DNA from: Lysobacterales bacterium
GTDB taxonomy: Bacteria > Pseudomonadota > Gammaproteobacteria > Xanthomonadales > SZUA-5
Assembly: GCA_022844165.1 (NCBI GenBank)
Contig: JALHMH010000020.1
Coordinates: 1 to 64,000, forward strand
Reading direction: 5' to 3'
Length of the DNA stretch: 64,000 bases
Under the pieces are notes generated by a model. It saw only the letters and a program-made list of their open reading frames with translations, was not told the DNA's origin and searched no databases. Within the stretch, counting starts at the first letter, position 1, and every line of letters begins with the position of its first letter. This document shows, one piece after another, positions 17,812-26,891 of this stretch. The position numbers and the translations under genes were made by a program.

Positions 17812-19586
17812 AGCAGCACCTCGTCGGTTTCGCACTCTGTCTCGACGTTACATCCGCCGGGGAAACCGTCAGAACCGTCACAACCTACACAACCGCCATT
17901 CCCAGTTCGTGCTGGTTGTGCTGGTTGTGCTGGTTGTGCTGGTTGTGCTGGTTGTGCTGGTTGTGCTGGTTGTGCTGGTTGTGCCGCACTTCCCGGCGGA
18001 TGTAACGATGATTCCTCTTCATCTTCGACAACTTTTTTGCGCTTGTGAAAAGGGCTTGAACCGTCACAACCGTCATAACCGTCACGACCATCATTGGCAG
18101 CCCTGATCTTCTGGATCGTGACCAATCGCCCTCGGCTTCCGCGCTCGCTCAGGTCCACACTGAGCCCTGATTGCCGGAACGCCGGCGCCAGTCGCCTGAG
18201 TGCATTGGACAGCTTCTCCGGCGTAGACGGGAACGTCCTGTCATGGTCTGGCTTGATCGCGGTTAGCAGCTCGCCTACGGTGCCCTGCCATCCCGCCAGA
18301 TTGCGCTCCGACAACTCGATCACTGCAATCGCAACCGGCGACGATTCAATCGCCCCCAATGTTGCCGAGCGGATGCTCGCCCTGTACGCCGTGAGAAAGT
18401 CGGCGGCTGCGAACCCAAGCGCCGGCATCGCCGCTGCCGCCCAAGTGGCAAAGTCAGCCATGCGCGGCTTCTGGCCGATATCGATGCTCTTGGCGTCGCG
18501 CATCGCCAGCCTGAGCGATTCCAGCACGGCACCAAAGATGCGACCTGCTGATCGCTCGTAGGCTCGCCGTAGATCAGCCTCGGTCCTGCGGTTGCTGATT
18601 GGCATCAGCTCGACGAGCAACGAGCGTTCGGCCAGATCGGGACGGCTTGCCAGATCGTCGATTCCGTTTAGGATGATCGGACGCGCAATCTGTAGCAGCA
18701 CCTCGGTCGTGTCGGTGAATAGCTGCCTTGCCGCGATGCCGCCGCCTGTCGCCAGTCGGCAGATGCCATCCGACAACCAGGCAGGACAACCGCTCAGATT
18801 GTCGTAGGCCAGAACGTGACTATTGAGCGCCGCGACGCATAGGTCGCGTTCCTCACGCGGCGGTGATCGCAACGGGACTGCCGACGGATCGGTGATCGAC
18901 TTCACGCGCCGGGTTGCCTCGCTCTTGCCGGTGCCCTGTTCTGACGTGAACAGCAAAACCGGATACGGACTGCGAGGACGGAGCGCACCGGCAACATAGG
19001 CCGCGATCAGCGGCTGTTGCTCAGGCCTGCATGGGATCAAGTCCCAGATCGACGAGAAGTCCGCGCCATCGGGCTCAGGTAGCGCGAGCGACTTCGGTGA
19101 GCGCCGGAACAAGCATTCGGCCTGGTGATCGCGATCTATCGAGCTCGCCGTGATCTTCCACGCTGACCACACTTTGTCGCCGGTATCGATGAACATCGCA
19201 TTGCCGCTGGCGCCGGTGCGCAGGTGGACAGCCCGCGTATCGGACCGGCCAAACTTGGCGCTGGCGTTCAAGGTCGCGATGGCATCGGCGACCGCGTTTC
19301 TGTTGGCGCCTTTTTCCTCCCGCCGGAAGAACTCGGCCGCCAGCCAATCGCGAGTTTGCTGCGACTCAATCGGATAGACCTCCTTGTGTGCGCCCGCGCG
19401 GACCTGGACGTAGCCAACACCATCCTCATCTGCGAATAGATGTTGCTCGGCGCCGATCTCGATCAACTGCTGAGCGATGCCTTTGCGTTTCTCGTGCTCG
19501 CCTCGGTCGTTGGCCTTGCTGACGCGCTCCAGATCGCGTTCAGCGCGCGATTCAAGATCATCGATATACGACTCTGGCCCGCTCAT
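17808..19586 (-). CDS. Replicative helicase/ATPase of the satellite
   Basis: Walker A-like SEQGTGKS, Walker B LAYDN, LATGG...RQLFT, RPIILNG, DLAERS (SF3/VapE-like pattern). Confidence 0.8.
   Translation of the reverse strand: MSGPESYIDDLESRAERDLERVSKANDRGEHEKRKGIAQQLIEIGAEQHLFADEDGVGYVQVRAGAHKEVYPIESQQTRDWLAAEFFRREEKGANRNAVADAIATLNASAKFGRSDTRAVHLRTGASGNAMFIDTGDKVWSAWKITASSIDRDHQAECLFRRSPKSLALPEPDGADFSSIWDLIPCRPEQQPLIAAYVAGALRPRSPYPVLLFTSEQGTGKSEATRRVKSITDPSAVPLRSPPREERDLCVAALNSHVLAYDNLSGCPAWLSDGICRLATGGGIAARQLFTDTTEVLLQIARPIILNGIDDLASRPDLAERSLLVELMPISNRRTEADLRRAYERSAGRIFGAVLESLRLAMRDAKSIDIGQKPRMADFATWAAAAMPALGFAAADFLTAYRASIRSATLGAIESSPVAIAVIELSERNLAGWQGTVGELLTAIKPDHDRTFPSTPEKLSNALRRLAPAFRQSGLSVDLSERGSRGRLVTIQKIRAANDGRDGYDGCDGSSPFHKRKKVVEDEEESSLHPPGSAAQPAQPAQPAQPAQPAQPAQPAQPARTGNGGCVGCDGSDGFPGGCNVETECETDEVLL
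17864..18094. repeat. 9-bp iteron-like array (4 plus + 8 minus + 4 plus)
   Basis: AACCGTCAC-like x4 at 17864-17899, GCTGGTTGT x8 at 17911-17982 (AACCAGCAC on minus), AACCGTCAC-like x4 at 18059-18094. Confidence 0.9.
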
Positions 19587-20137
19587 CGAGCGCCCCCAAT
19601 AGCCACCCGCGCCGCGTGGATGCGTTCGACAGCGAGGACTAGGCGCGCATGGTCTTCATCGCTGAGCGTGCATCCTCGGTGCAGATCGCCAGCCGCTATT
19701 AAAACCACGCCAGCCTCGCTATCGAGCAGGTTCGCACAGGAGCGCAATTGCGCGCGCAGCGCCAACCCTTGCAACTCGCGGCGTTTCTCTGGTGTGGAAT
19801 CTGCCAGCCGACGCGGGAACAAGTCGCCGACTGTCAGGCCAATGGCGGCGAGCAAGTCGTGGGTGCTGCATCCGGCGAAGCAATGCGCGAGGATCCGGCC
19901 ATCGTTGCCGACAGCGACCGACAGCGACGCGGTTCGGTCCTCATGCGCCGGGCATCGCGCGCTGTAGCCAGCCCCGGACTTGCGGACCCGCTCCAGGCGC
20001 GCCAAAACCTGTTCGAGTGTAATGGCGCGCTGGTGCGTTAGCGCGCTATCATCGCGCCGCGTCCGCCCGGTCGCATGTGTTGTCTTTCGCGCCTCGCCGT
20101 GCCACCGGCGGGGCGCGCTTGCGTTAGCGGTCGGCAT
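19583..20137 (-). CDS. Primase-type CHC2 zinc-binding domain protein
   Basis: ARCPAHEDRTASLSV...LAHCFAGC; AGAAGGAGG RBS before ATG 20137. Confidence 0.82.
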   Translation of the reverse strand: MPTANASAPRRWHGEARKTTHATGRTRRDDSALTHQRAITLEQVLARLERVRKSGAGYSARCPAHEDRTASLSVAVGNDGRILAHCFAGCSTHDLLAAIGLTVGDLFPRRLADSTPEKRRELQGLALRAQLRSCANLLDSEAGVVLIAAGDLHRGCTLSDEDHARLVLAVERIHAARVAIGGAR

Positions 20138-20429
20138 CTGGCCCTCCTTCTCTCGCGAGCGCCAGCACTGCCGCGTCGACCGCCGTTCGATCCGTGGGCG
20201 ACAACACGCCAAGTTCGGGATGGTCCGCGCGATGGGCTCGGATCAGGCGGACCACGCCGGCATCGTTGATGGCAACGAGCACAACGGTGCTCGTTGCGCG
20301 AATCGAAATCAGCTTGGCGAATTCACGAGTCTGAGCGACGCGAGGTTGCTGCGCTCCGCGATGTTCGCGAGGCGCGGCGTACAGTTGGGCAAGTGCGCGC
20401 AGGTGCGCACCGTGTGGACCGGCGGTCAT
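20124..20429 (-). CDS. Hypothetical protein
   Basis: 101-aa ORF, TAATG-coupled to the upstream HTH gene. Confidence 0.55.
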   Translation of the reverse strand: MTAGPHGAHLRALAQLYAAPREHRGAQQPRVAQTREFAKLISIRATSTVVLVAINDAGVVRLIRAHRADHPELGVLSPTDRTAVDAAVLALAREGGPDADR

Positions 20430-20647
20430 TACGCGGACGCCTTCGGCGCGCTTTGGCGCTCCAGGTCCGCGATGAACTTGCTCAGTGCGTCGGCGCTGAT
20501 TAGGCGTCGGCGTCCATGTTTAAATGTTCGGAGATTGCCGGCGGCGATGTCGCCGTAGAGCTTCGTGCGCGGTATGCCGGTGAGCCGTACGGCACTGTCG
20601 ATGGTGTAGCTCAGGTGGTCGATTGACCTAGTCGTGTTCGTGTGCAT
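20429..20647 (-). CDS. Excisionase/AlpA-like HTH protein
   Basis: SYTIDSAVRLTGIPRTKLYGDIAAGNLRTFKHGRRRLISADAL. Confidence 0.85.
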   Translation of the reverse strand: MHTNTTRSIDHLSYTIDSAVRLTGIPRTKLYGDIAAGNLRTFKHGRRRLISADALSKFIADLERQSAPKASA

Positions 20648-20730
20648 GTCATCCCTCTTTGGCGGTGAGGGACGCGGCGTCAATTTTGAATTCCACCGCG
20701 TCCTGTTGAACTTGGAACGCGGAAAGGATT

Positions 20731-21594
20731 TTATGCACCAGATTTCGACGCGTCCGCAGCTTTTGCGGACACAATCGCTAAGTCATTTGGTCGATTCTGT
20801 CTCGTTTCGATATCGCGCCGAAGCTGTTTCGTCGAGTAAGGTTTCCCGAAAATGACCGTGACACAGGCCGCCGTCAGGCTCTCAAAGCGGTCGCCGATGT
20901 GGTAGCGAACGTAACTGTTCAAGCTCCTTGCGTAGGCCCAGCGCTTCGCCTCGAAGTCGTTTCGTTTGCCTGGGCCATGCGAAGTCTTCAGTGATTTGAT
21001 GTGGGCTACGTACTTCCGAAGCATGCTTGACAATCGCCCATCTTCCCGATCTTGCGCCTTCAGTCGCTTGTCGATCAGCAGCTTGTTGGCGTCCTCGTGA
21101 CCAGAAGTCCAGAGCAAGTGGGCGACGTCGTCATATCCCTTCCACCTAAAAATTACGTCGCAGAACTCTTTCGTCACACGCTCAAGATCGGCTTCCCACT
21201 CACGAATCCATCGCGAAGTCCGGGGCACCGATAGCTCGTTCATGTGCCCGGCATACGAAAGGAAAAGGCGCCCCACATTGGGCTCTTCTTTTCGACCGAG
21301 TTCAGTATGCGAACCCCGAGTGCGCATCGCTTGCAGCGCGCTCCAGGGCTTGCGCATTTGCTCATCTATGCAGAGCTTTAGCGTGATCCATAGTTCTACC
21401 GAATCATCTAATCCTGTTGGAGTCTCGCCCCGATTGATCATGTCGTTAATGACTTTATCGAGAGATTTCAACCGCGCTAGCCGCTCGGCCTCACCGGCGG
21501 GTACCTTGGCACGTTTGAAGGAGTGCGCCAAGAACCGATAGGCATCGTCCGGCACCTCATCAAGCACCGACACACTTTGAACTTTGCGCCTCAT
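20731..21594 (-). CDS. Hypothetical protein coupled to the integrase
   Basis: 287-aa ORF with ATGA overlap on the integrase stop. Confidence 0.7.
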   Translation of the reverse strand: MRRKVQSVSVLDEVPDDAYRFLAHSFKRAKVPAGEAERLARLKSLDKVINDMINRGETPTGLDDSVELWITLKLCIDEQMRKPWSALQAMRTRGSHTELGRKEEPNVGRLFLSYAGHMNELSVPRTSRWIREWEADLERVTKEFCDVIFRWKGYDDVAHLLWTSGHEDANKLLIDKRLKAQDREDGRLSSMLRKYVAHIKSLKTSHGPGKRNDFEAKRWAYARSLNSYVRYHIGDRFESLTAACVTVIFGKPYSTKQLRRDIETRQNRPNDLAIVSAKAADASKSGA

Positions 21595-22799
21595 GGCGTC
21601 CGCTCCAACATCGCCACCGCGCGCGCCTTGTGGCTCGGCGCCAAGTGCGAGTAGCGCTCGGTCATGGTCAGGTCGCTGTGTCCCAGCAGTTCCTTGACGA
21701 CGTACAACTCCGCGCCGGCCATTACTAACCGGCTGGCGAAATGGTGGCGCAGATCGTGGAAGCGCAAGTCCTCGATTTGTGCGGCGGCGATTAGACCGGC
21801 CCAGGATTTGTTGATGTTCGTCAGCGCTCGCCGGTCCTCGCCAGGGAAAACAAGACCCTCACCGCTGCCCTGCCCTCGCCAGCGCTTCAGCACGCCGAAG
21901 GCTTCTTCGTTCAGTGGTATTCGCCGCGTGCGCTGGCCCTTCGACGTGGCGGCGGTTACGGTGATAACGCGGTGGGTCAGATCGACGTTCGACCAGTTCA
22001 GCCCGAACAACTCGCCGCGCCGCATGCCGGTATTGATTGCGACCAGCACCAGCGGCGCAAGGTGGTCCGTGTAGCCATCGTCAGCGAACGATGGGCGCCC
22101 CGGTCGGCGGCGTTCGGCGTTCCAACGATTGCCGCTGTCGCGCTCTTTGCGTCGTCGAATCTCGCGCGCATCGAGCGCGGCGCGCAACGCGCCCTCTTCC
22201 TCCGGCGTCATGAATCGCGCCCGCTGCTCGTCGTCGCCCTTGGCGCGCTCGACGTTCTTCATGGGGTGCGATTCGAGGTATCCCCATTCAATCGCTTTTG
22301 ACAGCACGGCGCGAATGCGCACCAAGTCGCGGTTGACGGTCGCCGGTTTGATGCCATCGCGCAGGCGCGCTGCCTTGAAGCGGTCCATCTTGTAGGGCGA
22401 GATGGCGGCCAGTTTCTCCGGGTACAGGTCGGAGAATTGCGCCTTCAGCGCGGCCAGCGTGGCGGCGCCCGCGCGGCGCTCGGCGAGCACCCACGGTGCA
22501 TAGCGTTCGGTGATGAACTGGCCGAGCGACGACGGCCGTGAATGCCCGCGTGCAGCCGGCGGCAGCTTGCCGGAATCGTACTCAGACAGCCAGGTCCGCG
22601 CCGTCCTGCGCGCCTGCTCCAGGGTGATCACGGACGCGTTGCCGATGGTGCGCCGTTTGCCGCGCGCCAGCTCGACGACGTAGGACTTCACGCCCGATGG
22701 TTGGACGCGCAGCATCAACCCTTTCTGCGCGCCGTCGCGTATCTCGTAGGGCCGCGCATCGGGTGCCGATTGTTGGACGGTTTTGAGCGAGAGAGCCAC
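21591..22799 (-). CDS. int: Tyrosine recombinase/integrase with N-terminal arm-binding domain
   Basis: TGMRRGE, HDLRH, LLGH, TERY catalytic motifs; GLMLRVQPSGVKSY arm domain; GGGAGG RBS before GTG 22799. Confidence 0.95.
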   Translation of the reverse strand: MALSLKTVQQSAPDARPYEIRDGAQKGLMLRVQPSGVKSYVVELARGKRRTIGNASVITLEQARRTARTWLSEYDSGKLPPAARGHSRPSSLGQFITERYAPWVLAERRAGAATLAALKAQFSDLYPEKLAAISPYKMDRFKAARLRDGIKPATVNRDLVRIRAVLSKAIEWGYLESHPMKNVERAKGDDEQRARFMTPEEEGALRAALDAREIRRRKERDSGNRWNAERRRPGRPSFADDGYTDHLAPLVLVAINTGMRRGELFGLNWSNVDLTHRVITVTAATSKGQRTRRIPLNEEAFGVLKRWRGQGSGEGLVFPGEDRRALTNINKSWAGLIAAAQIEDLRFHDLRHHFASRLVMAGAELYVVKELLGHSDLTMTERYSHLAPSHKARAVAMLERTP

Positions 22800-22835
22800 A
22801 TTTCCTCCCGTAAGTGTGGCGGTAGCGCCACGCCA

Positions 22836-22895
22836 TAAGTGCATGGTAAGTGCAATCGGCCGAATACGGCGGGACACAGCGGGACGCAACGGGAC
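22836..22895 (+). promoter_or_regulatory. Putative arm-binding and accessory-factor sites (right)
   Basis: TAAGTGCATGGTAAGTGCAATCG plus three CGGGAC hexamers at 10-bp period (22870-22895). Confidence 0.65.
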
Positions 22896-22950
22896 TTAAA
22901 AACAGCAACTTACGTGTTAAGTGATTGATAGAGAACGCGCCAGAACTACC

Positions 22951-23002
<52 letters not shown>

Positions 23003-23021
23003 CTGGCATCCAGGCTCAAAC

Positions 23022-23049
23022 AACAACGCCCCGAAGACGGGGCGTTGTT
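23022..23049. terminator. Bidirectional terminator-like hairpin (original tRNA terminator)
   Basis: aacaacgccccg-aaga-cggggcgttgtt between attR and the convergent ECF sigma gene. Confidence 0.8.
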
Positions 23050-23075
23050 CTGTCTGAATTGCGTCAGTCAGAGCA

Positions 23076-23648
23076 TCAATCTTTGAAATCACTCATGTTG
23101 CGAGCGAGGTCAGCCAGCGCTCGCGCAACGCGCATCCTTGCCGCGTTCGCACTCGGGCTATCTGTCGCCGCGGCAATTTCTTCGTGGGCCATGCCGAGCT
23201 CCACTCGCATCACTACAACTTCGCGCTGATCGTCGCTCAACCGCGCCAATGCCGCCTCATAGGCCTTGAGCGTCTCAACAGTCATGGTCTGCACCATCGG
23301 CGATGGTGCCTCGTCGACGATGTGCTCATCCAGAACCGCTGCCTGCGGGCGGCGACCTACGCGACGTAGCTCATCTTTTAGTAGATTGCTCATGATCTGG
23401 CGCAAAAACGCGAAGAATGCTCCGGGTCCTTGCGCTTGAAACGACGGCAAATGCTGAAACGCACGCATCAGGGTGACTTGCACCAGATCGGAGGTTTCCG
23501 ACAGGTCACGCGCGCTGGTAGGCAAGCGCCCGCGCGCCCAGCGTGTCAGGACCGGCAAATAGCGCGCGAGAAGGCGGTCGCGCGCTGCCACGTCACCGGC
23601 ATGACTACGTTCAACCAAGTCCATTGTCGTTTCGAGAGGCGCGTTCAT
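23076..23648 (-). CDS. ECF-type RNA polymerase sigma factor
   Basis: AGDVAARDRLLARY, DLVQVTLMRAF region 2; LSDDQREVVVMR...EEIA...RMRVARAL region 4. Confidence 0.9.
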   Translation of the reverse strand: MNAPLETTMDLVERSHAGDVAARDRLLARYLPVLTRWARGRLPTSARDLSETSDLVQVTLMRAFQHLPSFQAQGPGAFFAFLRQIMSNLLKDELRRVGRRPQAAVLDEHIVDEAPSPMVQTMTVETLKAYEAALARLSDDQREVVVMRVELGMAHEEIAAATDSPSANAARMRVARALADLARNMSDFKD

Positions 23649-23964
23649 TAGCAACCATCCAGGACCGCGAATTTTATCGCACACTACAGACTGCGGCGAT
23701 CGAGACAGGAGCTTCATCGCGTCAAACGAGCATATCTGATTTGTGAATGGCCAAAGAAGCGTGCTCAAACTCCCGGCGCGAAGGTTTGCCAGGCGTTCTG
23801 GCACGACGTTGAGAAGCGCACTGCGAAACCGGATGCCTGTTTTCATGGGGGCGCCTTTGCCTCCGGATCACCGCCACAAAAGTGAGGAAGAAAACTCGAA
23901 GCCACGACAGCGCCGGGTGCGAAAGGCCCTCCGCCTCTGCCATTGTGCCTTCGCGTAGGACATT

Positions 23965-25131
23965 ATGGACAACCGCGATTGGCGACTTGCCAGCTTCTAC
24001 TTCAGCTATCTCGCCGTGCTCGGCGCGTTTTCGCCCTATATAGGGCCGTTCCTGAAGAGCCGCGGCTTCACCGGCTGGGAAATCGGTGTGGTGATGAGTG
24101 TTTGGTACGGTACCCGGATCTTCGCACCGCCCTTGTGGAGCGCCGCGGTCAGCCGCGCGCGGACGCCGATCGGCTGGTTGCGCGGCGGTTGCCTGGCCGG
24201 AACCGTGGCATTCGCAGTGCTCGTCTTGCCGCTGCCTTTTGCGGCAACCTTTTTGTCGATTGGCCTTTTTGCTGCCTTCTACAATGCCGTATTGCCGCAA
24301 TTCGAAGCGCTGACCCTGGCGACCATCGAGACCCGCCGCAGTGCCTATGGTCGAATTCGCGTTTGGGGTTCAGTCGGGTTTGTGATCGCTAACGTTGGTT
24401 ACGGCTATTTGTTGCAGCAATTCGGCTACGGCTGGTTGGCATGGCTGTTGTTGCCCACGCAGATGCTGATGATCGCCAGCGCCATCGGCAATCGCTATCC
24501 AGCGCAAGCGCTCGGCGCCACAATGCCAGCGCCGCCGATGCAAGGTTTCTGGGCGACGATCCAGCCGCGTTTGCGGCGCGCGGAGCTACGCTGGTTTCTG
24601 ATCGCAGGCCTGCTGATGCAGATTGCGCACGGCCCGTTTTACGTATTCTTCTCGCTATTTCTCAGCCGGCACGGCTACAGCGCCGGCACCATCGGCAGCA
24701 TCTGGGCCGTAGGTGTAATCGCCGAGATTCTGATGTTCCTGGCCATGCCGCGTGTGCTCGCCCGGCACTCTGCGCCATGGGTCATGTTGGTCTGTTTTGC
24801 TGCCGGCATCGTGCGCTGGCTGATAACGGCAGGACTCCCGGACATACTGGCGGTTATCGTCGTCGCGCAGCTGCTTCATGCGTTGACGTTTGCCGCTTTT
24901 CACTCTGCTGGCATGCATATCATTGGCAAGCACTTCGAAGGCCGAGATGCCATGCACGGACAGGCATTGTTGTATGGTTTCAGCTCCGGAATCGGCGGCG
25001 TGACCGGCGCGCTGCTGGCAGCAGCGCTCTGGGAAAACATAGCGCCCGCTGCCAGCTTCGTCTCTGCGAGCGTGGTGTCCGTGCTCGGTATGCTCGCGGT
25101 ACGCCGCCTGCTGGCAGCGAACCGTGCGTAA
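23965..25131 (+). CDS. MFS transporter (HcaT/MFS_1-like)
   Basis: About 12 hydrophobic segments; YGRIRVWGSVGF, QLLHALTFAAFH. Confidence 0.9.
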   Translation: MDNRDWRLASFYFSYLAVLGAFSPYIGPFLKSRGFTGWEIGVVMSVWYGTRIFAPPLWSAAVSRARTPIGWLRGGCLAGTVAFAVLVLPLPFAATFLSIGLFAAFYNAVLPQFEALTLATIETRRSAYGRIRVWGSVGFVIANVGYGYLLQQFGYGWLAWLLLPTQMLMIASAIGNRYPAQALGATMPAPPMQGFWATIQPRLRRAELRWFLIAGLLMQIAHGPFYVFFSLFLSRHGYSAGTIGSIWAVGVIAEILMFLAMPRVLARHSAPWVMLVCFAAGIVRWLITAGLPDILAVIVVAQLLHALTFAAFHSAGMHIIGKHFEGRDAMHGQALLYGFSSGIGGVTGALLAAALWENIAPAASFVSASVVSVLGMLAVRRLLAANRA

Positions 25132-25140
25132 CCACATGCC

Positions 25141-25860
25141 CTACGCCGCAACGCTCTCGACGTCCAGATCGGCAAGACGATAACCGGCGCTGTGAATGGT
25201 GTGCAGCAGCGTCTTGTGAAATGGTTTATCGATGACTTTGCGCAGGTTGTAGAGGTGACTGCGAAGCGTGTCGCTATCCGGCAGCATATCTCCCCAAACT
25301 TCGCGCTCAATGTCGCGTCGCGAGACCACGCGTGGTGATTCGCGCATCAGAATGGTCAACAGCCTCAAGCCAATCGGGGACACTTGCAAGTCCTTACCGG
25401 CGCGTGTCAATCGCAAGGTTGCCGTATCCAGCGTGAGATCGCCCACCCGCAGCAGTTCCTGACTGACCTGGCGACGATCGCGACGGATCAGTGCGCGAAC
25501 GCGCGCTTCCAGTTCCTTTACTTCAAACGGCTTGACTAGATAATCATCGGCTCCCGCATCAAGACCGGTCACCTTGTCTTCCAGTGTATCCCGCGCGGTG
25601 AGCATCAGTACCGGCGTCGACTTTTTCGCGTCTTGTCGCAGCTTTCGGCAAACGTCCAGTCCATCCATACCGGGCAGCATTAAATCGAGGACAACCACGT
25701 CGTAACTGTTGCTCACTGCGAGATGCAATCCTGTCACACCATCAGCCGCGTAATCGACCGAGTAACCGCGGCGCTCTAGAAATTCGCCGACCATCTCCGA
25801 AATACCCCGATTGTCTTCAATCAGCAAAACCAGTCCCGACTGCTCATCGCGCTTGTTCAT
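25141..25860 (-). CDS. OmpR-family response regulator (ColR-like)
   Basis: LLIEDN, LDLMLPGMDG, LTARD, GADDYLVKPF, wHTH LRSHLYNLRK. Confidence 0.95.
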   Translation of the reverse strand: MNKRDEQSGLVLLIEDNRGISEMVGEFLERRGYSVDYAADGVTGLHLAVSNSYDVVVLDLMLPGMDGLDVCRKLRQDAKKSTPVLMLTARDTLEDKVTGLDAGADDYLVKPFEVKELEARVRALIRRDRRQVSQELLRVGDLTLDTATLRLTRAGKDLQVSPIGLRLLTILMRESPRVVSRRDIEREVWGDMLPDSDTLRSHLYNLRKVIDKPFHKTLLHTIHSAGYRLADLDVESVAA

Positions 25861-26061
25861 CACGTTCTCCTGCCCGCCCATCGGGCTTTCACGGATGTGA
25901 AGATACGAGCTACGACATTGTGAAAATGTGAAGGCAGCGCAGCCATTCGCGTGTGTCTGTCTGACTGGTGGCCAAAAAGGCAGACGTGTCAGGGCAAAAG
26001 CGATACGAAAGACGCCAACTTCAGGTGAGACGCCAATCTGGCGGGGGCAACCGCGCTGGAC

Positions 26062-26874
26062 TTAGAACATCCCCATCACCTTGGCGGCGACTGCACTGAG
26101 CGTGAGCACCGCGACGATGACGATCGACCACATGAGGACGTTTTTTGCGTTCGAGGGCTGCGAAACCTCGACCGTTTTTTTCGTCTCCGCTGTCTTTGTT
26201 TGCGCCTGCTGGATGTCCTGCCCTGGGGCAAGCAGCAGAAATCGGATCGTATCCAGGCGCAATTCGTCACCTGACTTCATCGTATGACGCGTGATCCGCC
26301 GATCATTGACGTAAGTGCCATTGGATGAACCCAGGTCTTCAACCATGACGCCGTCTGGGGTCGCCTTCAACTCGGCATGGCGACGCGAAATCTCATCGGA
26401 TTGAATGGAAATTTCGCATTCCGCCTGGCGCCCAATGACCATCGTCCCATGCACCGGAAATACTTTGCCAAAGGTCACGCCCGACACGCCGCGCAGAACA
26501 AACTTAGGCAGTGCTACTCGTACCTTTGTGCGACCATCGTCTGCACTGTCCAACGGTGCCGGTGGCATCGATTTCACCGCGGGTGCTGGTGCGCGTTCGA
26601 TCGCAACGGCGCGCACTCTGACGCCCGAGAAAGTCAGAAGATCGCCCGGACTGACCACGGCATGACCGACAATCGGTTTACCGTTGACTGTAATCTCATT
26701 CGCCGGATGCAGCGAAACGACTTTCGTTTGCGCGCCGTCGAACTCCATCGAAGCGTGATGCGGTGCAACGCCGGGCGATAACAGCACCACCTGCGCATCG
26801 TTGCCGCTACCGATCAGCGTCTTGCCTGACAGAACAACCGGAGCATGCTCACCATTGGGAAATAGTAACTTCAT
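26062..26874 (-). CDS. Double FHA-domain membrane protein
   Basis: IGRQAEC...ISRRHA...DLGSSNGTYVN, a degenerate N-terminal FHA, and a C-terminal TM helix. Confidence 0.9.
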   Translation of the reverse strand: MKLLFPNGEHAPVVLSGKTLIGSGNDAQVVLLSPGVAPHHASMEFDGAQTKVVSLHPANEITVNGKPIVGHAVVSPGDLLTFSGVRVRAVAIERAPAPAVKSMPPAPLDSADDGRTKVRVALPKFVLRGVSGVTFGKVFPVHGTMVIGRQAECEISIQSDEISRRHAELKATPDGVMVEDLGSSNGTYVNDRRITRHTMKSGDELRLDTIRFLLLAPGQDIQQAQTKTAETKKTVEVSQPSNAKNVLMWSIVIVAVLTLSAVAAKVMGMF

Positions 26875-26891
26875 AGAATTCTCGTTGACTG

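Noticed and set aside
17911-17982. Possible CRISPR array or separate HNQ/VLV-repeat ORFs
   Set aside because: Contiguous 9-bp tandem units with no spacers and no cas genes; the alternative-frame ORFs are by-products of the repeat
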